Both the position numbers and the translations under genes were made by a program. The notes under the pieces are model-generated. The model ran no database searches. It was given only the letters and a program-made list of their open reading frames with translations, and was not told the DNA's origin. A DNA stretch of 51,195 bases from Burkholderiales bacterium (GTDB lineage Bacteria; Pseudomonadota; Gammaproteobacteria; Burkholderiales; SHXO01): contig JBJXGQ010000406.1 in the NCBI GenBank assembly GCA_046160525.1, positions 1 to 51,195 on the forward strand, read 5' to 3'. Within the stretch, counting starts at the first letter, position 1; every line of letters starts with the position of its first letter. Shown piece by piece: positions 17,573 to 27,403 of the stretch.

Positions 17573-18907
17573 CTAGAAAAACTCCAAGTACCGGTCCACC
17601 TCCCACTGTGACACATGGCGCGAGTACTCGATCCATTCCATGCGCTTCAGTTTCAAGAACTCTTCCGATAGATCCTTGCCGATGGCCTCGCAAATCACGG
17701 AATCTTTTTCCAGCGCGTTGAGCGCTTCGTCGAGGCTCTGCGGCAGCAAGCCGATCTTGGCCTTGGCGAGATCGGAGGCGCTCCACTCGTAGAGGTTGGT
17801 ATTGTTGGGCTCGCCGGGGTCCATCTGGTTCTCCACACCGTCCATTCCCGCGGCGAGGATGGCGGTGGTGGCGAGATAGGGATTGGAGGAACCGTCGGGC
17901 AGGCGCATTTCCAGGCGCCCATAGGGCACACGCACCATGCACGTACGGTTGTTGTCGCCATAGGTGATGTAGGCGGGCGCCCAGGTTGCGCCGGATAGCG
18001 CGCGGCCCACGACCAAGCGCTTGTAGGAGTTGATGGTGGGTGCGCAGATGGCGGTCAGCGCCGCGGCGTGATGCAGCAAGCCGCCCATGAAGTGATAGCC
18101 CATCTTGGACAGCCCTAGCTTGCGCTTGTCCTTGTCGTCGTGGAACAGATTCTTGGTCTTCGCATCGCCCATGGAGATGTGATAGTGCGAGCCCGTGCCC
18201 GTACGGTTGGAAAAAGGCTTGGGCATGAAGGTGGCGACCAAGCCCATCTGGTGCGCGATTTCCGAGGCGGCCATCTTCAGGAAGATCACCCGGTCGGCGG
18301 TGGCCAGTGCGTCCCCATAGGTGAAGTTCACCTCGAACTGGCCGTTGGCATCTTCGTGGTCGATTTGATAGACATCGATGCCCACGGCGCGCACGGATTC
18401 CACCAGCTTTTCCAAGAATGCGGAACTGCGCGCGAGCCCCTTGTAGTCGTAGCAGGGTTTCTCCAGCGTGTCGGTGTCGTCACACATTCCGATGCCCCCG
18501 CCGTCCTTGCGTTTGAGCAGCATGAACTCCGGTTCGATGCCGGTGTATAGGGTCATGCCCTTCTTGGCGAGTTTTTCCAATTGGGTTTTGAGTACGTAAC
18601 GCGAATCGTAAGGGTAGGGTTTGCCCTTCACATGACCGATGGTGGTCATGCGTGCATAGCCTGGCATCCATGGGATGGCGTGCAGTTGCACGAGATCGCC
18701 CACCGCCATGTAGTCAGGCCCTTGCGGGCCCATGCCGAAGCCCCACAAGGCGAATCCCGCGAATCCCGCGCCGTCGGTGAGCACCATGTCCAGGTGCTCG
18801 GCGGGAACCGCCTTTGCCTTCGCCGACCCATGGATATCCACGAACTGCGCGAGAATGTATTTGATGTCGTTGGCCTTGAGCCACTTCTTGGCTTCTGCTG
18901 GGGTCAT
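17573..18907 (-). CDS. gmaS: Gamma-glutamylmethylamide synthetase (type III GS-like, GlnT family)
   Basis: [54 protein letters not shown]; embedded in the mgd/mgs cluster. Confidence 0.88.
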   Translation of the reverse strand: MTPAEAKKWLKANDIKYILAQFVDIHGSAKAKAVPAEHLDMVLTDGAGFAGFALWGFGMGPQGPDYMAVGDLVQLHAIPWMPGYARMTTIGHVKGKPYPYDSRYVLKTQLEKLAKKGMTLYTGIEPEFMLLKRKDGGGIGMCDDTDTLEKPCYDYKGLARSSAFLEKLVESVRAVGIDVYQIDHEDANGQFEVNFTYGDALATADRVIFLKMAASEIAHQMGLVATFMPKPFSNRTGTGSHYHISMGDAKTKNLFHDDKDKRKLGLSKMGYHFMGGLLHHAAALTAICAPTINSYKRLVVGRALSGATWAPAYITYGDNNRTCMVRVPYGRLEMRLPDGSSNPYLATTAILAAGMDGVENQMDPGEPNNTNLYEWSASDLAKAKIGLLPQSLDEALNALEKDSVICEAIGKDLSEEFLKLKRMEWIEYSRHVSQWEVDRYLEFF

Positions 18908-18935
18908 GCTTTCCTCCCTTTAATCAATCTTATTT

Positions 18936-19072
18936 CCCTCATCCCAACCCTTTTGGTTTCGGCATTACCTAAAGGTAAGCCTACACCGCAACAAGCCGCT
19001 TCGCGTCGTGTTGTCCCGACGGAGAAGGGCTTTTCCTCCCTCGCCCTTCGGGAGAGGGACCGAGGGTGAGGG
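18936..19072. repeat. REP-like palindromic element (CCCTCAcCC..GGGAGAGGG type) carrying an internal ~60-nt extra segment
   Basis: Ends CCCTCATCCCAACCCTT and GAGGGTGAGGG are inverted; internal TCCCGACGGAGAAGGG and CCCTCGCCCTTCGGGAGAGGG. Confidence 0.6.
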
Positions 19073-19090
19073 ACCGTTCACCTCACTTTC

Positions 19091-19753
19091 TCACGCGGAA
19101 ATCTCCGGCATGAGCGATCGCAATCCTACCGCGCTGCCTCCCAATTCCCCGGCGATCTCGATCAAGGTCTGCCACAGATACGCGGCGAAGGTGTGATCGC
19201 ACCATATCCGGTAACGCGGCAGGCCTTGGTACGGCTCCCAGATGACCAGCACGGTCACACCTACCATGGATGTCATGACCACGGTGCGGTCCTCGGGCTT
19301 CCACGCGCGGAAATTTACGTTGCATGTTTGCACGAGCAAATCGTTCGCGTTTGGTCCGTAGAGTACCAAGGCAGCATCTTGCCTTAGCACGGGAGACACG
19401 CCGGAGGCCGGGGCGAGTACTCCTCTTAATCGTTCGACGACTGTCCCGCCTGCACGGTCTTCGAGAAAGAATTCGCTGCGCGCGAGCCGGGCCACCAAGG
19501 TGCCCTCACGGGTGCGCGTCCAACTGTTGATTGCGGGCGGAACTTCCATGCCTTGGTTAACCAGCCACGTTTGCGCCTTGGAGCCCTTGACGCCCATGCG
19601 AAGCAGGCAACTTGCATCGCTCAATTGAACAGGACCGGCATTCTCGCCCCCTTCAATTTCCATGGGGACCAGCATTCCATGCACGACGGTCCAACGCGGG
19701 TTGAGCGGTACGAGGAAATCGTGCAGCGGGCTGAGGCGGTTCCCGGTGTTCAT
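19091..19753 (-). CDS. mgdD: N-methylglutamate dehydrogenase subunit D (sarcosine oxidase gamma-like)
   Basis: SPLH, LSDASCLLRMGVKG, ARLARSEFFLED, RQDAALVL.G...LL.QTCNVNF, YRIWCD.TFA.YLW; 4-nt overlap with mgdC. Confidence 0.75.
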   Translation of the reverse strand: MNTGNRLSPLHDFLVPLNPRWTVVHGMLVPMEIEGGENAGPVQLSDASCLLRMGVKGSKAQTWLVNQGMEVPPAINSWTRTREGTLVARLARSEFFLEDRAGGTVVERLRGVLAPASGVSPVLRQDAALVLYGPNANDLLVQTCNVNFRAWKPEDRTVVMTSMVGVTVLVIWEPYQGLPRYRIWCDHTFAAYLWQTLIEIAGELGGSAVGLRSLMPEISA

Positions 19754-22626
19754 ATTTTTTGCCGCTCGGCTGCCGGATCGTAGAACGGAAGTTTCACCAC
19801 AATCGCTTCAATCATCTGACCGCCTTCGCCGCGAACCGAAAACTTCGTGCCTTCTTGCGCGAGTTCAGGGGCGATGAAGCCCAGGCCGATGTGATACCCG
19901 AGCGCTTCGCTGAAAGCGATGCTGGTAATGCGTCCGGCGATGCTGCCTTCGTGGATCACCAAGTGGCACTCCTTCGGTGCCTCGCCGGAAAAATCTTTGT
20001 GGAGAGCGAAGCCGGCTGCCACTTGCTTGGGCTGCCGCTGGCCTATGATTTTCAAGCTGCGTTGCCCAACGAAGAAGGGCTTGTCCATCTTGACCGCCCA
20101 GCCCATGGCGGCCTCGAAGGGAGTGGTCAGTCCGTCGGTGTCCTGGCCGATGATGACGTGGCCCTTCTCCAAGCGCAACAAACGCTGCGCTTCCACGCCG
20201 AAGGGTTGAATGCCGTGAGGTTTGCCCGCGTCCATGAGGGCGTCCCACAAATGGCCCATGCACTGGGCGGGTGCGTGAATTTCGTAACCCAATTCGCCCA
20301 CGAACCCCACGCGCATCAAACGGCAGGGCACTCCCGCGATTTGCGCATCCCGCACGCCCAGATAGGGAAAACCTTGTGGCGACAAGTCGTGCGCCGTGAG
20401 TTTGGCGAGTACTTCGCGCGACTCAGGTCCGGCGAGATTCACCGCACCCATGGCGCCCGTCACGTTCACGATTCCGGTATCCAAACCCCATTGCGTGTTC
20501 CATCGCACCAACTCCCGGTAGACGGTGGCCGAACCCGTGGTCGTGGTGGTGAAGTAGAAATGCTGTTCGGAGAGACGGCCTACGACGCCATCGTCAACGA
20601 TGACGCCTGCTTCGTCGAGCATCACGCAGTAGCGCGTCATCCCCACCTTGAGGTTGGCGAAGCGCCCGGTGTAGACGCGCTCCAGAAACTCTCCGGCATC
20701 CGGGCCGAAGAGATCCATCTTGCCCAGCGTGCCCACGTCGATGATGCCCGCGCCGTTGCGCACGGCACGCGCTTCCGCGCGCACGCATTCGAGTTTGCTC
20801 TGTCCTTGGGCCGCGTAGTACTCGGGCCGCCACCAATTGCCTGCCTGCATCCACACCGCGCCCAATTTTTCGTGGCGCGAGTGCAGGGGCGTTTGCCGCA
20901 TGGGATGAAAACCGCGTCCCGCCAGATGGGACATGGGTACCGGATGATAAAACGGGCGTGCGGTCGTGGTGCCAATCTTGTCGATGGCTTCACTGCGAAT
21001 ACGGGCGAGGATGCGCACGGCACTCATGTTGGAGTGCTTACCCTGGCTCGGGCCCATGCCCACGGTGGAGTAGCGCTTGAGCAGCTCGATGTTGTCGAAG
21101 CCCTCTTGGGCGGCGTTGTGGAAATCCTTCAGTTGCAGATCTTCATCGAAATCGACGAAATTCTTGGCCGAGGTATGGGGCACGATGGGGTAGGGGTGTG
21201 TGGGCGTACGCGTATGCGCCGGCACTTGTACCGCCGGGGCGTTGGCCAGCCCAAGATACCTGGCCGCCTCGCCGCCCGCGCGCTTGCCGTCCAGTAGGCG
21301 CGCGCTCAGTTCATGGACGCCATTGACCCGTCCCGCCGCGAACACACCGGGAGCAAGACTTTCCGGAACGAACTGTTCCACGCTTGTGGCGTAACGCATT
21401 TTGGCGCCGGCCTGATAGAGCAAATTGGCGGCGGGCGTGAATCCAACGCTCATCAATACGCCATCGCACCGGATGGTTTCCCTGCGGGCCGCACCCGCCT
21501 CGCCGTTATCAAACGCGGCCACGCGCACACCGGATACATGTTGCCCCGAGCGAATCGCCTTGGCGATGCACGCACCCTTCAAAACGCGGAACGGCGTGGC
21601 TTGCGGCAGGGAGGTTTCGCCTTCCGCGCGTAGGTCGATCACGGCGGCAACGGCGATCCCGTGCCGGTGTAAATCCAATGCGGCTTCGTAGCCTTCGCGA
21701 TTGGCTGTGAGTACGACGGCCTTTTTTACCGGTTTCACGGCGTAACGGTAGATGAGGCGCTGGGCGGCGGAGGCGAACATCACGCCGGGCAGATCGTTAT
21801 TGCGGAACACAGCCGGCTGTTCGAACACGCCTGTAGCCACGATGGTGGCGCGCGCGCGCAACTTGGTCATCTTGTCTGCGCTGGTCAACGCTATCCAATG
21901 GTCGCCGTAGTAACCGGACGCAGTGGTGCCGGTGCGGATTTCCATATTCGGAAATTGCCGGGCTTCACGCAGGAGTGCTTGTAATTGCTCGTAACTGGCG
22001 TCGCCTCCCGCGCGCGCATAGCCCAAGCTTCCTCCGGCTTGCGCGTTCTCGTCCACAACGAGCACCGATGCCCCGGCGCGGGCGGCCTCGATTCCCGCCG
22101 CGAGCCCAGAGGGACCGGCTCCGATCACGGCGATATCCACGAAGTCGTAGCGCTTCGCCGTGACGATGCGCGGCAGGCCGAATTTAGGTTTGCCCAGGCC
22201 CGCAATGGAACGGAAGAACTGCTCCCACTTTTGCGCGAAACGCCCGTGAAAGGCCTTGTAGTAAAAACCCACGGGCAAGAACGCTGAAAGCTTGTCTAAT
22301 ATCCTGGCACGGTCGGCGCGCACGCCGCCAAAAGTATTGACGGCGTAAAGCTCCATGTCTTCGCGCAGCGGCGTCACGTCGGCGCGCAGATTGATATGGA
22401 ATTTGTCCTCCATGAGCGTATTCACGTCGTGATCCGCCATGGACAAGATGCCGCGCGGCCGGTGGTACTTGAAGCTGCGCCCGAGAAGATGAGTGCCAGA
22501 GGCCCACAGGGCCGAGCTGATGACATCGCCCTCGAAGCCTATGCGGGGACGGCCCTCGAAGCGGAAGACGAGGGGCTTGGAGCGGTCGATCCACTCGCCC
22601 TCCACGGGAGGCAAGCGTGCGCTCAT
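19750..22626 (-). CDS. mgdC: N-methylglutamate dehydrogenase subunit C (sarcosine oxidase alpha-like, THF-binding)
   Basis: LGRSFKYHRPRG, GFYYK.F, GAGPSGL, FRNNDLPGVM, KRYSTVGMGPSQGK, GcvT-like C-terminus (RVGFVGELGYEIH, LRLEKGH); ATGA overlap with mgdB. Confidence 0.85.
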   Translation of the reverse strand: MSARLPPVEGEWIDRSKPLVFRFEGRPRIGFEGDVISSALWASGTHLLGRSFKYHRPRGILSMADHDVNTLMEDKFHINLRADVTPLREDMELYAVNTFGGVRADRARILDKLSAFLPVGFYYKAFHGRFAQKWEQFFRSIAGLGKPKFGLPRIVTAKRYDFVDIAVIGAGPSGLAAGIEAARAGASVLVVDENAQAGGSLGYARAGGDASYEQLQALLREARQFPNMEIRTGTTASGYYGDHWIALTSADKMTKLRARATIVATGVFEQPAVFRNNDLPGVMFASAAQRLIYRYAVKPVKKAVVLTANREGYEAALDLHRHGIAVAAVIDLRAEGETSLPQATPFRVLKGACIAKAIRSGQHVSGVRVAAFDNGEAGAARRETIRCDGVLMSVGFTPAANLLYQAGAKMRYATSVEQFVPESLAPGVFAAGRVNGVHELSARLLDGKRAGGEAARYLGLANAPAVQVPAHTRTPTHPYPIVPHTSAKNFVDFDEDLQLKDFHNAAQEGFDNIELLKRYSTVGMGPSQGKHSNMSAVRILARIRSEAIDKIGTTTARPFYHPVPMSHLAGRGFHPMRQTPLHSRHEKLGAVWMQAGNWWRPEYYAAQGQSKLECVRAEARAVRNGAGIIDVGTLGKMDLFGPDAGEFLERVYTGRFANLKVGMTRYCVMLDEAGVIVDDGVVGRLSEQHFYFTTTTTGSATVYRELVRWNTQWGLDTGIVNVTGAMGAVNLAGPESREVLAKLTAHDLSPQGFPYLGVRDAQIAGVPCRLMRVGFVGELGYEIHAPAQCMGHLWDALMDAGKPHGIQPFGVEAQRLLRLEKGHVIIGQDTDGLTTPFEAAMGWAVKMDKPFFVGQRSLKIIGQRQPKQVAAGFALHKDFSGEAPKECHLVIHEGSIAGRITSIAFSEALGYHIGLGFIAPELAQEGTKFSVRGEGGQMIEAIVVKLPFYDPAAERQKI

Positions 22627-22883
22627 TTGGGCGCCTCGCCCCACAGATAAGTCGCCAGCACCCGGTCAACGGTGGTATCGCGCTCCGCGATGAACCACAC
22701 GCCGCTGGGCACGTGATACCACCACTCCTTCTTTATGCCAGGGGCGCCGTTGCGGTTGAACACGTAGTCCGACCACTGCTCGTTGGAGCAAGTGGAAGGG
22801 TCCGGCATAGGACGCACTTCGCCGCCAAAAGCGAATTCCGAAACGGGGCGCGGGCCGTTGATGGGGCAGGTAAGAAGTTTCAC
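22623..22883 (-). CDS. mgdB: N-methylglutamate dehydrogenase subunit B (sarcosine oxidase delta-like)
   Basis: CPINGPR..SEF.FGGE.R.MPDP, W.DYVF.R...PG...EWW.H..SG.WF.AERDT. Confidence 0.85.
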   Translation of the reverse strand: MKLLTCPINGPRPVSEFAFGGEVRPMPDPSTCSNEQWSDYVFNRNGAPGIKKEWWYHVPSGVWFIAERDTTVDRVLATYLWGEAPK

Positions 22884-22889
22884 GACGAC

Positions 22890-25436
22890 TTACGCCGCTT
22901 CTGGAATCTTATTGGTCCCCGCGAGAGGTACACCCGTGGCTCGCGCCGTGGTAAGCGTAATGGAACGCACGTCCTCGGGTTCTAGATTCTGCACGTTGGT
23001 CTTGCCCGTGCAGCGCGCCATGATGGAGCATTCCTCGCGCAGCGCACGCAAAAAGGATGCGGCCTGGTCGCGCCGCTCTTCGTCTGCCACGTCGGAGTAG
23101 AACACCATGCCGTTATTCTCCACGATGCCGCCTACGGCGAAAGCCATGGACACCGATACCACCGCTGCCTTGCAACCCAGGCCGACAATCTTCGCGACGT
23201 CCGTGCCCGAGCGTATGCCGCCGAAATACAGAAGATCGATATCTTCTTCGCGGTTCATGGATCGCATGATCGCGATGGCATCGCGCATCACGGAAAGATC
23301 GGGATGGCCGCCAAGTTCGCCCCATGGCCGCGCCATGTTTCCGGAGCCCGAGAGGATCATGATGTCCATCTTTTGTTCGAGTGCAAAAGGTATGGCCCGT
23401 GGCAGGTCACGTGCCTCGGTAACCAAGCCCGTGAGTTGGGTGTCGCGCGCCTTGCGCACATCGAACGGTGCGAACCCGGAGGGCGAATAATAGATGACGC
23501 CCAAGGCCTTCTCGTCCGGCTTGTCCTTGCCTGCTTGCGCAAGCTGGAACCACGGTGTGTCCGGATGGATACGATGGCGCCCAAGATAGGCGACCCCCAT
23601 TTCCCGCACGCCATGCTCGATGGATTCGCGCACCTGCGGGACCGCCTCATCGAACCCCGCGACAAGGTATGGCAACTCAAGTTTGACGCGCTGGCCCAAT
23701 TCCACGGACACAGCGCACGCATCTCGATAGGGGTCAATCACCAGCCTCGATAAATTCGCTGGTAAGAACACTAGATCGTCCAGCGTAGCGGGACGATCTT
23801 CGGGGAAGGGATTGCCGCGCGTGCGCAAGCGCTTTTGCAACATGCTGGACTGCGTGGCCACATCCAAGGGGTTCGTGCGCGCCATGACGAAGATGTCCTC
23901 TCGCGTGCTCACGTCGTAGTTGGCGGTGCCCGTTTCCGCATCGCAGCGGTAGCAGCGTGCGGCTTCGTCCTTGGCTTCCTTCTCCGTATAAGTGGATTCG
24001 ATTTCCGGAAACGCCACCGGATTCTTGCCCAAACCATGGAAGGGCTGGTGCTGGCGGCCGATCACTTCCCAATTGGGATCCTGCGCCGGGGAAACGCGGC
24101 GGGTACGGAAGGGTGTGCGATAGGGCACGGGATTCGCGCGGCCGTCCAGTTGCGCCTTGATGTAGTAGGCGGCACGATGGCCGTGCTGCATGGCCATGAC
24201 GATGGTGGAACCCCCAAAGGCGCCGTCGCCCGCCGCGAACACCTTGGGATCGGCCGTGCGCATGGTCTTCCAATCGGTGCGCACGCGGTCCGCGTTCATC
24301 AGCCCGCGCTTCGCCAATTCCTCGCACTCGCCTTTCTGCCCCACGGCGAGAATCACCATGCCGCAGGCGAGATCGTGTTCGCTACCCGAGACATTCTCCG
24401 CTTGGCGGCGGCCATCCTTTCCAGGTTCCCCGAACTGTGTGAGCACACAGCGCAGGGCAAAGCCTTTATCCGTGTCAAGTGCCGCCACGGGTTGTGTGTT
24501 GTAGAGGAACTCCACACCCTCCTTGATGGCGCCATCGAGTTCATCCTTGCGCGCCGGAATTTCCTTCGGGCCACGGCGGTAGATCACTTTGACTTGTTTG
24601 CATCCAGGCAGGCGCAGCGCGGCGCGGCAGGCATCCATGGCCACGTCGCCGCCGCCCACGACGATGACGGTCTCGGGCATGGCGGGCCGGTCGCCGGCAT
24701 TGATACGGCGCAGGAAGCCCACGCCGTCCACAATGCGCGGATCGTCCTTGCCTTCGATATCCATGGTCTTACCCCACCACGAGCCGATGGTGAGTAGCAC
24801 GGCATCGTGGCGCGATTTCAAGTCCTCGAGACTCACGTCGCGGCCCAGCGCGGTGTTCAGATGAACCTTGATGCCCGGGCAGTGCTTGAGCATGCGGTTC
24901 ATGTCTTCTTCGATGATGCCAGGAGGCAGGCGGAATGCGGGAATGCCCCACACCATCATGCCGCCCAGACGGTCCGTCATTTCGTAGACGTGCACTTCGA
25001 ACCCGGCTTCGGCCAGATCTTGCGCGGCGGTGAGTCCAGCGGGGCCCGAACCTACTATCGCGACCGTTTCCTTGCGCGTGACGGACACGGCGGGCAAATG
25101 GAAGCTCGTGCCCAGCTTGTCCATGATGAAGCGCTTCAAATTGCGGATGGCGATGGGGCCGTCACTATCCGCACGGCGGCAAGCGGGTTCGCAGGGCGCG
25201 TCGCACACGCGGCCGCAGATGGAGCTGAATGGGTTGGTGGCGGTGATGGCCTCGAAGGCTTCCTCCACCTTGCCTTCCCAGATGTATCCGATGTATGAAG
25301 GCGCATCGGTGCCGATGGGGCAAGCTACCTGGCAAGGCGCGGGGACGAAGTTGATGTCCTGTATATCTTCGCGCAGTCCTTCCGGCGTGGGGCCGGGCTC
25401 GATGCGCTGGATGTCGTAAACGTTGACTGCGCTCAT
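22890..25436 (-). CDS. GltD-like Fe-S/FAD/NAD(P)H oxidoreductase fused to a degenerate glutamate-synthase FMN-barrel domain
   Basis: APCQVACP, NPFSSICGRVCDAPCEPACRR, GSGPAG, GGGDVAMD, YRRG, FAAGD, EAARCYRCD; C-terminal LDDLVFLPA.LSR and GGIRSGTDVAK..GLG without the 3Fe-4S cysteines. Confidence 0.8.
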   Translation of the reverse strand: MSAVNVYDIQRIEPGPTPEGLREDIQDINFVPAPCQVACPIGTDAPSYIGYIWEGKVEEAFEAITATNPFSSICGRVCDAPCEPACRRADSDGPIAIRNLKRFIMDKLGTSFHLPAVSVTRKETVAIVGSGPAGLTAAQDLAEAGFEVHVYEMTDRLGGMMVWGIPAFRLPPGIIEEDMNRMLKHCPGIKVHLNTALGRDVSLEDLKSRHDAVLLTIGSWWGKTMDIEGKDDPRIVDGVGFLRRINAGDRPAMPETVIVVGGGDVAMDACRAALRLPGCKQVKVIYRRGPKEIPARKDELDGAIKEGVEFLYNTQPVAALDTDKGFALRCVLTQFGEPGKDGRRQAENVSGSEHDLACGMVILAVGQKGECEELAKRGLMNADRVRTDWKTMRTADPKVFAAGDGAFGGSTIVMAMQHGHRAAYYIKAQLDGRANPVPYRTPFRTRRVSPAQDPNWEVIGRQHQPFHGLGKNPVAFPEIESTYTEKEAKDEAARCYRCDAETGTANYDVSTREDIFVMARTNPLDVATQSSMLQKRLRTRGNPFPEDRPATLDDLVFLPANLSRLVIDPYRDACAVSVELGQRVKLELPYLVAGFDEAVPQVRESIEHGVREMGVAYLGRHRIHPDTPWFQLAQAGKDKPDEKALGVIYYSPSGFAPFDVRKARDTQLTGLVTEARDLPRAIPFALEQKMDIMILSGSGNMARPWGELGGHPDLSVMRDAIAIMRSMNREEDIDLLYFGGIRSGTDVAKIVGLGCKAAVVSVSMAFAVGGIVENNGMVFYSDVADEERRDQAASFLRALREECSIMARCTGKTNVQNLEPEDVRSITLTTARATGVPLAGTNKIPEAA

Positions 25437-27403
25437 GATGCTTTACGGAATATGGGGCGTTGCATTTGCTCTTGGGGTACGTAGGGCAAGCGCGTGATGG
25501 CGGCCGCTTCGGGGGTGAGCGCAACCAAGTCGTCGCGGCTCAGCTTATGCACGTCGTCGTGACCGAGGGCGCGCGTGACCGCGGCCAGCTGCCAGCGCAC
25601 GGATTCCAAATAACGATGGATGTTCTGCGCTTCCACCGGAACGTTGTAGCGCTTCTCGTGTTCGGGATCTTGCGTGGCGATGCCCACGACGCAGGAGCCC
25701 ACGTGGCATTGCAAGCACGCAATACAACCGCCCGCGATGATCGCACCCGTGCCCAAGGCCACGGCGTGAGCGCCCAGCGCGATGGCCTTGGCGGCATCCA
25801 CGCCATCCTTGACGCCGCCCATCAGCACGATGGGCATCTTGCGAATAGCATCCGCGCCTTCACCCAGTTCGGCGAGCGCGTCCATGGCCTCTTGAATGGC
25901 GGAAAGCGTGGGGATGCCCACGTACTCCAGCACTTCATGGGAAGCAGCGCCCGTGGAGCCTTGCAGGCCATCCAGCTCGACGAAATCGAAACCGTCCTTG
26001 TAGGCGATCTTGATGTCATCGCGCACACGGCCTGCGCCGAGTTTCACGGACACTGGAATGCGGTAGCTGGTGGCTTCGCGAAATTCCTCCACCTTGATCA
26101 CCAAATCGTCCGCGCCCAATACATCCGGGTGGCGCGAGGGTGAGCGCAAGTCGATGCCGGCGGGAATACCGCGAATGCGCGCGATTTCCTTCGTCACTTT
26201 CTTCGCCATCAACTGGCCACCCAAGCCGGGTTTGGCGCCTTGGGAGATGTAGATCTCCAAGCCGTTGGCGCGGCGCATGTCGTGGATATTCCAACCTAGG
26301 CGCCCCGACAGGCATTGATAAATGATCTGGTCGGCGGCGGCGCGTTGCTCATCGGACATGCCACCCTCGCCCGTGTTCTCGGAGACGCCGGAGAGCTTGG
26401 AGGCGATGGCGAGCGCCACCTTGGTGGATTTGGATAGCGCACCGTAACTCATGGGCGCGATGGTGACGGGCATGCTGAGCTTGATGGGGTTGGCACCCAT
26501 GCGCCCGCCGATCTCCGTCTTGAGCGCGACCTTGTTCACCACGTCGCGGTCGTGCTGTATGCCCGAAATATTCTTGCGAAAACCGATGTCGCTCAAGTGG
26601 GGAAGCGCGCGCGAAGCGCCATAGCCGCGTATGCGGTAGCGGCCGATGCGCGAGCGGATGAAAATGTCCTCCTGGACTTTCTCGTTCCAGTAGCCGGACA
26701 CCGCGCCCGACGCCATGAAGAAAGGCACTTGGCGCGTGCGCGGTTCCGTGCGCGGATAGCGCAGCTTCTTGCCGGCGTTGACGATCTTCTGGAGGACACC
26801 CTTGAAGGGAATCCCGTAACGGTCGAGGAACTGCGCGATGTCGCCGGCCTCTTCACGAGGTAGGTCAATGAGCTGCGCATCGGTACCTAACGATTGCAGC
26901 TTGCCCGCGACGTAAATGGAACCGCCGGTCATGTCCTGGCCCACTTGCTCGCCCGAGTTGCCGAGAATCACGATGCGGCCGCCGTACATCATGTAACCCG
27001 CCATGAAGTTGGCGTTGCCGCAGCAGAGCAGGGTGCCTTCCTTCATCACTTGGCCCGCACGCGATCCGATGTTGCCCTTGACGATGACTTCGGCGCCGCG
27101 TATGGCCACGCCCGCGATGGCGCTGGCGTTACCGTTGACGACGATGGAGCCCTTCAGCATGTTGTCGGCCAAACCCCAACCCACGTTGGCTTCCACTTCA
27201 AAGCGCGGTCCGTCCGTGAGGCCGGCGCAGAAATAACCCGCGGAGCCGCGTATCTTGACCTTGATGGGATACGTTAGCCCCACGCCGATGTGATGGCGTG
27301 CATCGGGGTTGGCGATTTCCACGTCTTCGCCTGCTTCACCGAGCAGGCGTAGTTTCTCGTTCGCTTCGCGAACGCTAAGTTGAGCTAGATCGAGCGTTGC
27401 CAT
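25433..27403 (-). CDS. N-methylglutamate synthase GXGXG (MgsB-like) and FMN/3Fe-4S (MgsC-like) fusion
   Basis: N-terminal GSAGYFCAG and GXGXG beta-helix repeats; C-terminal IAPMSYGALS, NTGEGG, SQGAKPGLGG.L, SPSRHPD, CIACLQCHVGSCVVGIATQD. Confidence 0.8.
   Translation of the reverse strand: MATLDLAQLSVREANEKLRLLGEAGEDVEIANPDARHHIGVGLTYPIKVKIRGSAGYFCAGLTDGPRFEVEANVGWGLADNMLKGSIVVNGNASAIAGVAIRGAEVIVKGNIGSRAGQVMKEGTLLCCGNANFMAGYMMYGGRIVILGNSGEQVGQDMTGGSIYVAGKLQSLGTDAQLIDLPREEAGDIAQFLDRYGIPFKGVLQKIVNAGKKLRYPRTEPRTRQVPFFMASGAVSGYWNEKVQEDIFIRSRIGRYRIRGYGASRALPHLSDIGFRKNISGIQHDRDVVNKVALKTEIGGRMGANPIKLSMPVTIAPMSYGALSKSTKVALAIASKLSGVSENTGEGGMSDEQRAAADQIIYQCLSGRLGWNIHDMRRANGLEIYISQGAKPGLGGQLMAKKVTKEIARIRGIPAGIDLRSPSRHPDVLGADDLVIKVEEFREATSYRIPVSVKLGAGRVRDDIKIAYKDGFDFVELDGLQGSTGAASHEVLEYVGIPTLSAIQEAMDALAELGEGADAIRKMPIVLMGGVKDGVDAAKAIALGAHAVALGTGAIIAGGCIACLQCHVGSCVVGIATQDPEHEKRYNVPVEAQNIHRYLESVRWQLAAVTRALGHDDVHKLSRDDLVALTPEAAAITRLPYVPQEQMQRPIFRKAS

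Noticed and set aside
17565-17942. Long N-terminal extension of the XRE regulator in the ORF track
   Set aside because: Overlaps gmaS in another frame; the domain begins after the gmaS stop
19759-21297. 512-aa antisense ORF over mgdC
   Set aside because: Antisense shadow of a codon-biased gene; no recognisable domain
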